Shown: positions 25,543 to 38,317, counted from the first letter of the whole stretch. The stretch: DNA of 61,748 nucleotides, filler included, from Pirum gemmata (GCA_002812295.1; 17 parts of 17 records of this genome joined end to end with filler, not necessarily neighbours in it); one strand, 5' to 3'. The notes: generated by a model from the letters alone, not told the origin. Numbers and translations: made by a program.

Positions 25543-27291
25543 CTAATGTATCATATTTAATAATACAATTGATGTAAAAAGAATGGAAGAAAGTTGTAGT
25601 GATGTAGATGAACTGGTACCGGTAGGATCACGAGGATCATAAATTTCTCCCTCACTGTCCGGGTCAGCTTCAATACCCCCAATAATGTCATCTCCGCCAT
25701 CAATTATTTTGTCAGGATCAAACACCAAATCATCAGTGGCCGATGGCATTTCTGTTTGAGTGACAGTAATTGTGACAGTAGTGGGATTTGGGCTTGAGAT
25801 TATAGTTGTGGTTGCTGTTTTGCTTGTGGTTGTGGTTGTTGCATATGTTGTAGAAGTTGCATTTGCAAACTTAACTTCACAGCATTCTTGAACTGAACAC
25901 CCTTCACTTAAACATTTTGTGGAGCCCGATTTTTTGCTTCCAAATTCGTTGTCCTCGCATGAAGTTTGCCCATCAATAACGAAGAAGGCACGGCATTGAA
26001 TGGGAGTTTCACAGCATGTTTCAGAACCACACTTACCTCCTTCACAGTTGGTATCGTCTGGTAACTTAGTTTTGAAACCTTGAATAACACACCAATCTTC
26101 TCCTTCAACTGAAAAGTGATAACCACATGTGCCTGCTGGGGGGCCATAATAGAGAGTGGTAGGTAATGTTTTATCGGCATTAAAACAATTTTTCCACCCC
26201 TTACCATCAAAGTTATATTTCATCATGATGTGCTCTTTTTCACCCTCGTCACAAATTTTTGATTTAGATCCGCTGTACTCGGTACCGAAAACAGCCTTAT
26301 CTTGTTCATAAAACTTATCATAATGATCACACTCTTTCCATTCTAAGCATTCTTCATTCATTGCAAAATCATAATAATCAACCAGTTCTTCGATTAAGCC
26401 TACTGAATTTTTAAGACCCATACCCATTCCTAATACATGTGCATAAGAAGCTTGCCATTTATTATATTCAATTTGATAAGGCTTTAAATATTTACTGTCT
26501 TTGCCACTTAGACAACTGTTTTGGTAACAATCTACATTGTCGCCTTCAATAGCATCACAGCCTTTCTCTAAAGCCCATTGAAAACGAACTGACATTACCT
26601 CTTTTACCTTTTCGAGCTTCGTGATGTCAATCCACCATTCATCCCAATCTTTCATTTTCTTACCTTTGATCTCATTCCACCCATCAATATCAGCTTTATA
26701 GTCTGGTCTCCATGGTTCAATGGTACCAGTGGATATGTAGCAAACAACAATATGTCCATCACTTTGTAAATTTGATATATGTTTTTCGGAAACATCAAAC
26801 ATATCAACAACCACAACTTTCATACCCACATAATCATCTTTGTGATTATCCCCTCCCCAAGCGTTGTTTGTCCATTTTAATCCACTTTGAAATCTTTTTC
26901 TTGTACCTTTCATGGACTGTGTTCTTATACTTTCTTCCCCAATACCAATATCGCTGGTGGCATTGTTACTCTTGTTTGTATTGCTATTGTGATTAATAAC
27001 TGTGATTGTAACTGATATGGTTAAAACAGCAACCAAAATGAACAGAATTAATACTGCGAATATAAGCTTTTTGTGTCTAATAAAACAACTTCTTGGTTGT
27101 CGAGTGTACGGATCAACTCTTGTAGCGTTAATAACATTATTTATGTCTTCCCATGAACGTGGAATCTCTAAGTTATCAGCATGATTATTATTATCGCTGC
27201 TATCACTGCTATCAATGTTATCAATGGAATCTGACGAGAAAGTAAGTTGAGTTTGCAAAGCAACCGAAGACGATAGAAACTCTTTCCCCAT
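25543..27291 (-). CDS. GH114 endo-alpha-1,4-polygalactosaminidase-like protein, membrane-anchored, with Cys-rich repeats and Thr stalk
   Basis: VCYISTGTIEPWRPD, KGCDAIEGDNVD, GLKN and DFAMNEEC motifs; N-terminal TM segment and hydrophobic C-terminus. Confidence 0.88.
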   Translation of the reverse strand: MGKEFLSSSVALQTQLTFSSDSIDNIDSSDSSDNNNHADNLEIPRSWEDINNVINATRVDPYTRQPRSCFIRHKKLIFAVLILFILVAVLTISVTITVINHNSNTNKSNNATSDIGIGEESIRTQSMKGTRKRFQSGLKWTNNAWGGDNHKDDYVGMKVVVVDMFDVSEKHISNLQSDGHIVVCYISTGTIEPWRPDYKADIDGWNEIKGKKMKDWDEWWIDITKLEKVKEVMSVRFQWALEKGCDAIEGDNVDCYQNSCLSGKDSKYLKPYQIEYNKWQASYAHVLGMGMGLKNSVGLIEELVDYYDFAMNEECLEWKECDHYDKFYEQDKAVFGTEYSGSKSKICDEGEKEHIMMKYNFDGKGWKNCFNADKTLPTTLYYGPPAGTCGYHFSVEGEDWCVIQGFKTKLPDDTNCEGGKCGSETCCETPIQCRAFFVIDGQTSCEDNEFGSKKSGSTKCLSEGCSVQECCEVKFANATSTTYATTTTTSKTATTTIISSPNPTTVTITVTQTEMPSATDDLVFDPDKIIDGGDDIIGGIEADPDSEGEIYDPRDPTGTSSSTSLQLSSILFTSIVLLNMIH

Positions 27292-28493
27292 ACTTTTTGA
27301 TTTTTTGGTGTATTTATTCTTATCTCGTGTTTTAGTTTTCTAAAGAAAATATTAATTTTTTCCAATTTTTCTACAGAAAAAAAAAATAATAAAAAGTACC
27401 ACTTATTTATATAAAAAACACTTATGTAAAATAATTTACAAATTAATCAAAAAAAAAATCTTTTTTTCATTTTTTTTCAAGAAAAAAATGATAATATGAT
27501 CAAGTTGAGACACCTGACTTAATTAAGAAAGTGTGTACTAGACTACCAGTTGTTCTACTTAGTACAATGAAGAAATTACAGTATGTATAGGATAATATAC
27601 ACTTAGACTGTGTATACTTTATCGACAATTTTGTGCCCGTTTTATATTAGAATTAAGAAATACAAATTTGTTAAGAATTTGACTTTATATTTAATAATAA
27701 GGAATTTCAAATTCAATTAAGTACGTTATAACAATAATAATAATACCTTGATAATGCAGAACTGAAATCTTCAAAGCATTTTTATGTGGTCATTAGAATA
27801 CCTTTACCTTGTGAAGCTATTGATTATCTCTGTTTTGATCTGACAATATAGAGGTTGTATTTTTTTGTAAATAATTAGACTAAGTGCATATAGAGGTTGT
27901 ATTTTTTTGTAAATAATTAGACTAAGTGCTATATTTTCTGGTTACTACGACTCTTGGTATGATTATTATGTGAAATATTGAAAGACCCAAAATCTGTTTT
28001 GGTTCAACACTTCAGAGGTTATAAATATGTATTCTACAATACTGTTTTATTTAAGACAGCTAGTTTATATAGTGGCTTCTACTAGTAAGTTAGTGTTGGG
28101 GATGAGGTTGGAATTGGGATTGGGTTTAGGATAGGGTTTTGGGTTGGGGTAGGCTTGGGCTTAGGCTTGGCTTATGCTTAGTCTTGCACAGTATGTTTAG
28201 GTATAGTATACATATCATTTATTTATTTATTTTATTATTTTTATTATATATTATTAAAATTTTATTAGAAATGGTCAGGCATCTCTTTCTGTAAGACATC
28301 GAGATCAATAGTAGGAAAGTCCAAGTTTGTCCCAGCTAATACTATTTGAATCATAATCATAATATATATCCAGATTTTGGTCTTTAATTTATTCTCATCA
28401 TACATCAAGGGTTTGAGATATTCACTAGGAGATATTCAGAACTACACATTATGTATTGTATAATATAATACTGTACTTTTTTTTTAATTTTTT

Positions 28494-28531
<38 letters not shown>

Positions 28532-29908
28532 NNNNNNNNNNNNNNNNNNNNNNNNNNNNNNNNNNNNNNNNNNNNTTAATTAATTAANNNNNNNNNNNNN
28601 NNNNNNNNNNNNNNNNNNNNNNNNNNNNNNNAAAAAAAAAAAAAAAAGAGGGCAACTTTTTAAAATGACGTTTCGAATAATTATAATTACGTCATAATTT
28701 ACAATAAAAAAATTGTTATTGCGTAATATTATTATATTATAAAGGTAGTTCTCATGATATTACAATGTAGTACTTGACAACTACCAAATTATCATCTATC
28801 AGGCAGGTTTTGTTAAATTGGTATTTTATATTTAATTAATGTTGTACTTAAACAGTACCAAATTAAATATTGAGAGTACAACTGTAATGAACCGAAGGGG
28901 AAGGGGAAGGGGAAGGGGAAGGGGAAGGGTTAGTAGGTTTAGGCTTAGGCTTAGGCTTAAGCTTAGACTAGGGCACTTTCCTGGGGTCTTTGGAACTATC
29001 GATACCATGCATTTACGATTTATTATTTAGTGCTTTCAAACTTGTAACAGTTGTTAATTTAAAACTTAAAAATAAATATTAATTAATTAAACATGAAATA
29101 TCAAATGTATCAAATAGATTCGATAATACTAATTGTACTTATTAATAATTATAGCATATAATATTATTTATAAATTAATTAATATAATGACAAAATTAAT
29201 ATAATAACAAAATAATTTAAAGCTCAATAGTGCTTGTACTCATGACCTCATTAACTTCTTTTCTAAAAAAGATTCCCCACCCTATATCAGGTTTTTTTAA
29301 ATAATAATAAATTTTTAATTTAATAACTAAATAAAGACTTTCTAGCTAGAATAATTCTGCCCATTTTTTTTAAAAGTTTGTTTTTAGGGTGGAGGTGTTA
29401 TTAATAATTTCAAATAAAGGGTAAAATCGCCTGTAACTATTAATATATTGTTATAGTTTGTCTTTTGTGAATATTATTATACTACACTACTTAGTGTTGT
29501 AACGTTGTTATTTTTTAATTGTTATTACTAACAATTATTATAATAAATTACTAATTATTGTTATTGTTATTTTTATTATGTTGTTATTGTTATTGTTATT
29601 AATATTCATTAATATTGTTATCGTTATTGTTATTGCTATATATAAATACATATAATAACATATATAAATTGTTAGTAATATTTTTATTAATATTGTTATT
29701 GTTATATATATTGTTATATTATAGGGTAATTATAAATAAAAAAATGAACAAAATCATGTTTCTGTTTCGGGCTTGGATCATTGTTTTATTATGATATTAT
29801 AAATAATTATTATGAAAACACTGGCTTGATAAATCAAGCCTATATATTGATTAAGGCTCGATAAATCAAACCTATACCCAAAGATAATTTATATATATAT
29901 ATTTTTAA

Positions 29909-30124
29909 CTACCAAGCCAGATAAAAATGGCGATATCCAAAAAATCTCAAAGTGATCAAAGAACCTGAAAGTGCTACCAAAATTTGAGAAATCGTTTAAC
30001 TAAGAAAACTGTATTATGAACCAAATGGTTAGTTTTTAAAAATAATTTGGCTAGTTAAGATTAAAGATTTTAGAAAAGAAGTATAAAAAAAAAATGATTT
30101 CTACAGTTTTATCCGGCTTGGCTG
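29909..30124 (+). mobile_element. MITE family D copy flanked by TTAA
   Basis: TTAA|CTACCAAGCCAGATAAAA ... TTTTATCCGGCTTGGCTG|TTAA. Confidence 0.75.
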
Positions 30125-30341
30125 TTAAAAAAAAAATAATAATAATTTTATTTATGAATATGAACCAATAGTCAGTTTTTGAAAATAATTTTAGTCTAGA
30201 GACTAGCTAGACCAGACCAGACCTATCATAAAATTTTTTTTTGAAAAAAAAAAAAAAAAGTAGAAAAAAAATTTTGTCTAAAATAATAATAAAAAAATTA
30301 TTGTTATTATATTTTTATATTATTCTTTACTTGAAAATAAA

Positions 30342-31136
30342 TTATTGTAAATAGGATGATGATACTATAGCTGTTGGAGTTGGTGAACTCATTTTCGGTG
30401 TTAGTAATGGCGGTGTTAGTAACGGTACCGGCTTAATAGCCAAAGGTTTGCTAGTATTTAAAGTGCGCGGCTGACCCACAAGTTTAGGAGTAGTAGGTTC
30501 TTTCTTTTTTGACTTAAACTGATTTATTTGCAATCTCATAGGACGGTGTTCTCCGTGTTTTTTATAATACAATCCACAAGCATTGCACATATTTAAATTT
30601 TCATTTTCCTTATCTTTTCTCCACAAAGGAGTCTGAGTAGTTTTACAGTTACAGCAGACCATAATTTCACCATTTGCATCTAAAGTAGGTTGGGGTTGTT
30701 GTTGGTCTTCTTGTTTACTGGTAGTATTAACGTGGTAGTCATCGGTACTAACTCCAAACAAGTTTCCACCAGAATGTTGTCGTAGAATACCGTTGATGTT
30801 GGTGCAGGATTTAGAGTTACGAAGTGCATTGTTTTGTACACCTGCGCTAAAGTTAGAAGCACTTAATGGTCTTTTCTTTTTAGTTACCGGGTGAAATGGA
30901 GGACTCTGACCAAATTGTTGCCCACTTAAATCAAAACACGAAGTTGATTTAATTATTGCAGATTTAGGTCTATTTAAATTAAGAGTTGGTGATTGTGGGT
31001 ATACTAATTGATTGCCAGAATTAAGTTCTTGGTATTGATATTGGGTTGGTGTTGGTGGATGGTATTGTGATTGTTGATCGTAAGGTATCATTGTGTTGTT
31101 TAAATAACTATTTAAATTATCAATACTATGAGAATT

Positions 31137-31173
<37 letters not shown>

Positions 31174-31337
31174 GGATTGTTATTGTATGCATCATATTGC
31201 TGGGTCCTCTCATCAAAACTAAAGTTGTTGTTGATTAGTAATGTAGGAGTGCTTACTGATGGTTGTATCATATCACCCATGTCAGTGTCTTGCTGAGTTA
31301 ACCACGCATTAGGCGCAATATTCATACTGTTGCTATT

Positions 31338-31369
<32 letters not shown>

Positions 31370-31661
31370 GGTAATTACTATAAAAATCTGACATTGTAGT
31401 TCCAGCAATTGTATGACGCGAGCTTAAATCATTATTATTATTATTGTTATTGAAGTTATTATAGTTGTAGTTATTGTTACTGTTATTATCAAAGCTATTT
31501 GATTGTGGGTAAGATTCTGTATTTGTAATGAAATTTGGATCCTCAGTTACATTTTGTTTACTTCCGAATAAAAACTCTATTGCTGGCTTTGACACACGTC
31601 TAATACCTTCAAAAAGGCCTATAGATTGACGGCGTTGGGGTTCTTCAGTACTGCCAAACAT
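30342..31661 (-). CDS. GATA-type zinc finger transcription factor (single finger, Q/N-rich)
   Basis: CCNCKTTQTPLWRK...CNACGLYYKKHGEHRP; first ATG at 31661. Confidence 0.92.
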
Positions 31662-32397
31662 ATTTTTTTTCAATTTTCGAATACAAAAAAAATGTAATAT
31701 ATTATAATTATGTAATTTTTAAAAAAATATTTTATATATAATAGAATTAAAAATTATGGCTTTTTTTTCTTTTAGTATTACTATTAGATAAATACTTCCT
31801 TTTATATTATTTTCTTTTTTTTTTTGGTTTTTTTGGTTTTTTTTTTTTTTTTTTTTTTNNNNNNNNNNNNNNNNNNNNNNNNNNNNNNNNNNNNNNNNNN
31901 NNTTAATTAATTAANNNNNNNNNNNNNNNNNNNNNNNNNNNNNNNNNNNNNNNNNNNNCGTTGTATTGTTGTATTGTTGTATTGTTGTATTGTTGTATTG
32001 TTGTATTGTTGTATTATTGTATTGTTGTATTGTTGTGTTGTATCGTTGCATTGTTGTATTGTTGTATTGTTGTATTGTTGTATTTTATTAATACATGTTG
32101 TATACGTATAATATATCGTTATATTGTTATATTGTTAGATTGTTAGATTGTTATTATATATTGTTATATTATTGTTGTATTATTGTTATTGTTGTTATAT
32201 ATATTGTTTAACGAAAAGCACCAACGAATTTTTTTTACATAATATGATAATATTATACATTATGGTATTTTAAAATTTTGTTTCTTTAATTAAAAAAAAA
32301 AATATTAAACCCGAATAATTAATTTTATTAAATTTATAATAATAATAATAATAAAAGTTATATTTATCTTTTATAATTATTATTTTCAATATTACTA

Positions 32398-32765
32398 TTT
32401 CAAGCTTGTTTTACCTGTCACATATTGCCCTGCTACAGTTAATTAATGTCGATTAATTTTTTGGGTTGCCCCTTGAACCAAGGTACATGCTAAAAACCGA
32501 ATTTCTTCATGTTTGTGCGTGCACTTAGGTTTTTGTCAGAAAACATGCTTGAAGAATAGGGATCCTCTTATTTCAAGCTCGTTTTACTTGGGCCACGCAT
32601 GGGCCTACTACAGTAATTAATGTCGATTAATTTTTTGGGTTGCCCCTGGAACCAAGGTGCATGCATCCATCTTTTAAATTTTGTTAAAAAACCGAAGTTC
32701 TTCAAGTTTGTGCGTGCACTTAGGTTTTTGTCAAAAAACATGCTTGAAGAATAGGGATCCTCTTA
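32398..32765 (-). repeat. Two degenerate tandem copies of the last ~175 bp of the NOS-like CDS
   Basis: 32398-32570 and 32571-32765 align with 32766-32942 (TTTCAAGCT...GAACCAAGGT...TGCTTGAAGA...ATCC). Confidence 0.85.
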
Positions 32766-32767
32766 TT

Positions 32768-34594
32768 TCAAGCTGTTTTTACTTGAGCCACGTATTGACC
32801 TGCTGCGGTTGATGTCGGTGATTTTTTCCCCTTATTAGAACCAAGGTGAATTCGTTTTTTAAATTTTGTTAAAACAGAATTCCTTCTTGTTTGTGTACCT
32901 AGGCCTTCATCGGAAAACGTGCTTGAAGAGATATCCTTGGATTCATTCAAACAACCAAAACCCAAATCCGAACTGGACTTGCAATTTATATCCCTAATCA
33001 ATGTATTTACAGAAATCATTCTTTTTCGCGAATTGACTAAAAATTCTTTTTGCGTTTTAGCATTTTGTTTAGCAATAATGTTGCTCGTTGTGAAAATATC
33101 TTCGTGGTATCGATTTTCTTTTTTTAAGTTATTAAACATAAACGCAGCATCTTCCTCTGCAATGTTTAATTGTAATTGAAAGCATTCCATAATTGATTTC
33201 CGTATAGCATCCCCCATATGTTTGGATCCACAAACATATATATTAGCTTCGTGATTATATATCAAATCAAAAAATTGTTTTTGATTTTGAGTTATAATAT
33301 CTTGGATGTAAGTTTTTTCTTGTAAATTAAATTGTTTAGAATAAACTGGTATATGCTTAGTGATAGACTCGTTTTTCAACGCTTCTTCAATTTCATTTTT
33401 ATACAACATGTTTTCCTTTTTATTAGCACCTTGTACTAATACTAAGTCATGGCGTTGGTTGCCGCTTAAAGTGGCGTTCTGTTCCCAGAAACCTTTGAAT
33501 GGTGCAACTCCAGTCCCGGTGCAAAACATAAGAACGGCACTTTTTTTGTGTGGTAATCGAAATGTTTTATTTTTAGAAATCATTACTTCTATTTCTTTTG
33601 GTTTTTTGGCTAAATACCCTGTACAAAGTCCTTGTCGTCTTTCTCTGAGGCTTTTAAAAGTGGTTCTGGCAATTGTAAGAGTGCAAGTAGTATTGGTAAC
33701 TTCAACCCCTGCCATTCTTGCCGAAGGATATCGTTCTGTTTTCAAAAACAAAGGTAGGTTAGAAATTGATAAATAAATAAATAAAATAAAATAAAATAAA
33801 TGAAACAAGTGAAAATAAATAAAATTAAATAAAGTTAAATAAAATCAAATAAAATAAAATTAAATAAAAATAAATAAAATAAATAAAAATATAAATAAAT
33901 AAAAAATAAATAAAACAAAAATTACCATCTTTTGAAATTTTTTGTTGCGAAGAAGAAATAGAGTAAAATCTCGGTTCAATATTACTTAAACATTTGATCA
34001 TTTGGGTAATAGGGACGTTCTTAATACTTCTAAACTCATTCAAAGTTGAAAGAATAGTAGGACAAATAGACAACCATCGCTCATACGCTAAATCGTAAGA
34101 GGCTATTTTTGTTAATATAATCGCCTCTTCCTTATCCGCATAATCCTTCAACATAAGCAACATCTGCTGACTTGGCATACCGTTTATATCTTTTAAACAA
34201 TGAAATAAATCAAACACACTTGCGTTTTCCAATTTATTACTAATTTCACTCGCAGATAATAACGTCCGCAATTTTGCTGATGGCTCATATTGCAGTCTTC
34301 TACATAAAAGGTTAACCTCACATTCGTCATTTTTTGGCCATATTACTATTCTATCACCAACTTCATATAACAGATCGTTACCAAGATCATCTTTTTCCAC
34401 TGTTGTACAATTTTTCAAATCCAATGTAACTTCGTAAGCACTTTGGGAAACCTCTTTAAAATCTATAAATTTTGCAATAAAACTCTTATTTGACATTTTG
34501 ATTCCAAAATTAGTTGAAATTGTTTTGGTAGCAATAACCGGAAGAGGGTTACTACTACTACTATTACTACTACTACTATTACTACTACTACTAT

Positions 34595-34642
<48 letters not shown>

Positions 34643-35146
34643 CAGTTTCAGTTAATATACTATGCAAAGTATTAATCCACGTTTTAAATAAAAATTCTTC
34701 TCCCTCACATTCATCAGCAAAATATGGTTCTAGAATACGCGTAGCTTCATTATTTTTCAAGTGTTTATCGAAATCTTTTGCACATTGATTAAATGTAGAA
34801 TACACTGAATTTCCCAATCCAAATACCGCAAACCTAATATTTTTTAGAGCTAAACTACTGGTTTCGGATAATATTTTTAGTAACTTTCTTCCAGAACTGG
34901 GTGCCTGACCATGTCCAAACGTGGATGTTACAATATATATATCGTATTTATTATCATGAACCTGTTGTTGGTGTTGGTGGTGGTGGTGTTGTTGTAGCTG
35001 GTGTTCGTGTTGTTGGTGTTCGTGTTGTTGTTGTTGTTGTTGTAAAAATGATAAAAGATCGAAATCAGCCATATCTTTAAGCGTCATTTCTTTGTAGTGT
35101 TTGCTTAATTCGCTCAGTGTTTGAATGGAGAACTCCTCCGATTTCC
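32768..35146 (-). CDS. Nitric-oxide-synthase-like diflavin reductase region (FMN/FAD/NADPH); exons 35146-33926 and 33735-32768; N-terminal exons not visible
   Basis: GKSEEFS, IVTSTFGHGQAP, RFAVFGLG, DECEGEEFLFKTW, PRFYSISSS, FRLP...GTGVAPFKGFW, IYVCG and RYHEDIF. The 190-bp GT-AG intron (33736-33925) joins in phase. Confidence 0.85.
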
Positions 35147-36586
35147 CTTATTATATTATATTATTATTATTATTATTATTAATTATTATTATTATTATTA
35201 TTATTATNNNNNNNNNNNNNNNNNNNAAAAAACTGTCATACAGAAATCTTATTTTTTCGACTTATTTTTCTAAAAACCTTTCTTTAAAAAACGTTAACTA
35301 GCCAAATTATTTTTTTAAAAACTGGTCATTGTTTCATAATATAGTTTCTTAGTTGGACGATTCCTTAAATTTTGGTAGTACTTTATTTTAATTTTTAAAA
35401 AAAAATGGAGCATTTTGAAAAATTTTGTAATAATTTTGAGGTCATTTATAGCCACTACAACTATAGTCACTACAGCCACTACTACAGCCAATATAGCCAC
35501 TATATATAGTGGCTATTAGCTATTCTGATATCATTTTCTTATTATATATAGTAGCCATATGGTACACGAATAACCTACGAATAAGCGAATAAGCTTTTTT
35601 TTAAAAATTAAAAAGCCTAGTGTGAGCCTATGAGGCCTATGAGAATCTTAGTAATCTTACCCAATTATATAAGCCTAATAAGGCTGTCTTTTTTATTTTT
35701 TTGAAAAAGTAACCAATGTAGTTTTTGTTTTTACTAATCTTACCAATCCTTTATTTACCAATCACCATCTTCTATTAATTATTTCAGTCCACCAATGGTC
35801 CAATACTAATTCACCAATACTCTCTCTCTCTCTCTCTCTCTCCAGAGTCTCCACCAGCACTGTCTCCACTGACTCTCCAGTTCTACTAGCCAGATTGACT
35901 AGCTCTAGCTAGTAGTTTATTATCACATTTTAATAATAGTAATATTATTAATTAATAGTAGTAATTAATAGTAGTAATAATAAGCATTAACAATAGTAAT
36001 AGTAATAGAAATAGTAATAGTAATAGTAATAGTAATAGTAATAGTAATAGTAATAGTAATAGTGATAGTAATAGTAATAGTAATAGTAATAGTAATAGTA
36101 ATAGTAATAGTAATGCTAGGACTGCACGGGGTGCACTTACTACTCAGACTGTACTGCTAGCTAGGACTGCGCACGACAACTGCTGTTTTCGGCGAACTCA
36201 CTGGACGAATTCGGTGAGAAGCCTCCCAATCGTATCGAAGATTTGTATTATTTGTATTGTATTCGCTAGAGAAAATAAAATAAAAGAAATTCTTTTTCAC
36301 TGGGTTTTTTCCTAGTTTCTTGTCTTTTTTCTTTTTCTTGTTGTACATTGTTGTACATTGTCGTATTGCGTATTGTTGTATTGTTGTATTGTTGTATTGT
36401 TGTATTGTTGTATTGTTGTATTGTTGTNNNNNNNNNNNNNNNNNNNNNNNNNNNNNNNNNNNNNNNNNNNNTTAATTAATTAANNNNNNNNNNNNNNNNN
36501 NNNNNNNNNNNNNNNNNNNNNNNNNNNTAATAATAATAATATAATAATAATAAATAATAATAATAATAATTTATTTACTTATTTAT

Positions 36587-37438
36587 TTATTCATACACAC
36601 GAACATAATCAATTTCAAATTCCATTTCGTTTACTCCGTTATCTGGCTGGGATCCCCAACTTGGCTGAATTGCAAGATTAACAATAAAATAAAAGGGATT
36701 ATTATCATCAAAAGGCCAATTGTAAGTATTAGAATTAGAAGGTTTGTTTAATCTTCCTACTTCCTCCCCATTATAAAATGCAGCAATGTAATCTTGACGT
36801 TTTTCAATACCATACGTAGCCCATTCAGCTATATCACGTGGCAGCTCATGTGGCCCATGTCCTATGTTGTAAGGACTGCCTCCGTTCCTTTCACCGTAAT
36901 GTAAAGTCATTTTCGTTCTACTCCATACACTTTGATACTCTATAATATCAATTTCCCCATTTTGCGGCCAACCTCCATAATTGGTTCCCATCATCCATAC
37001 AGCCGGAAATGCGCCTTTGAGTGCAGGCATTTTGCAGCGCGTTTCAAAGTAACCATAAGTAAATTCTTTTTTTCCGCGTGTGTGAAATCTTCCAGAAGTC
37101 CATTGGTCGGCACCTTCATTCCTTGTAGCCTTTAGAATAAGATTACCGTTTTCAATTCTATGGTGATCCTGATTATATGTTTGGTGTTCGCCATTTAAAT
37201 GTAAGTTTTCGTTTTCACCAGTCCAAGTGTCATAGTTAATTTGACTACCACTGTTAAATTCTTCAGACCAAACTAATTTACGCCTGCTTTCTGCATCTGT
37301 GTTCCTTTTTAATCGTGTAGGTAATTTGGTACTTCCAACTGGAAGTAATGAAGAATTATTATTTAATAACTGATCAGTTGGTGCACTAAAAACCTCATTT
37401 TGTAGTAATGATAGCATTAAAGTAATAATTATTATCAT
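36587..37438 (-). CDS. Secreted GH16 laminarinase-like beta-1,3-glucanase
   Basis: Signal peptide; LVWSEEF, WTSGR, FTYGYFE, catalytic WPQNGEIDIIE, NLA, IDYVRVY. Confidence 0.93.
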   Translation of the reverse strand: MIIIITLMLSLLQNEVFSAPTDQLLNNNSSLLPVGSTKLPTRLKRNTDAESRRKLVWSEEFNSGSQINYDTWTGENENLHLNGEHQTYNQDHHRIENGNLILKATRNEGADQWTSGRFHTRGKKEFTYGYFETRCKMPALKGAFPAVWMMGTNYGGWPQNGEIDIIEYQSVWSRTKMTLHYGERNGGSPYNIGHGPHELPRDIAEWATYGIEKRQDYIAAFYNGEEVGRLNKPSNSNTYNWPFDDNNPFYFIVNLAIQPSWGSQPDNGVNEMEFEIDYVRVYE

Positions 37439-37997
37439 TTTTTCTTTTTGTTTGTTAGTTTTTGGGGATTTTTGGTTTTGGTTTTTGGTTTTATATTTTT
37501 GTTTCTTGTTTTTTGTTTTTTTGTTGTTTGTAATTGTTTTTTCGACTTTTTTTTTTAGGTTCTATTTTTCTGTATTTATATAATACTGTTGTATTTCCCT
37601 TATTATTATTTTTTATTGTTGCATTTTATCATAATTTTCCCTTTTTTTTTTGGTTTTTAGTTTTTGGATAAGAGGAGTAAGAAGCTAACAATGGCTAACA
37701 CACAGATGACATCACTAAGATAATATTATATATAATAATTATAACGAAACTAAAACATAAAAAATAAACATTTTGATAGGAAAAATTTAAACACTAACCT
37801 GTTGTTCCTCCTCTTGTACAGAGAGTTAGGGTTGTGGTTAGGGTTAGGGTTATTGGTTAGTAGTAATAATAATGGTGGTGGTGGTGATATACGCTTTGTA
37901 ATTGTTAATTAACAGTAGCAACAGTATTATTAGCAGTAGTAGAACGTAGTAAAAATGGTAGCAGTAGTAGTATGAAATATATTATATGTAGTGGCAG

Positions 37998-38177
37998 TAT
38001 TGTGTTTTTCAAGTGTTACCCAGTTCAAATTCTGAAATAAACGTACCAAATTGTTATTATGGTTAAACCATCAGACATGTTTTAATTAATTTGGTATTTT
38101 ATACTTAATGTTGTATGTTATAAACAAGTTCAATTATACACTTAAACACTGCCAAATTAAAGATTGAGAGAACAACA
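37998..38177 (+). mobile_element. MITE family B copy
   Basis: Matches 45377-45586 and 42066-42262, and 38674-38866 in reverse. Confidence 0.7.
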
Positions 38178-38317
38178 GTCTGTTACTGTAATATAGCAGT
38201 TAGTCTAGTAGCCTGGTGGTATCGTTACCTACCATATCATAGACTATAACGAACACCACTATAGAATATATCATTATGATAATTATGTACAACCGCAACC
38301 ATCAGATTATGTGCCCC

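Noticed and set aside
28265..28425. Stop-free minus-strand stretch (EYLKPLMYDENKLK...QKEMPDHF*)
   Set aside because: No recognisable motif, start or convincing exon context.
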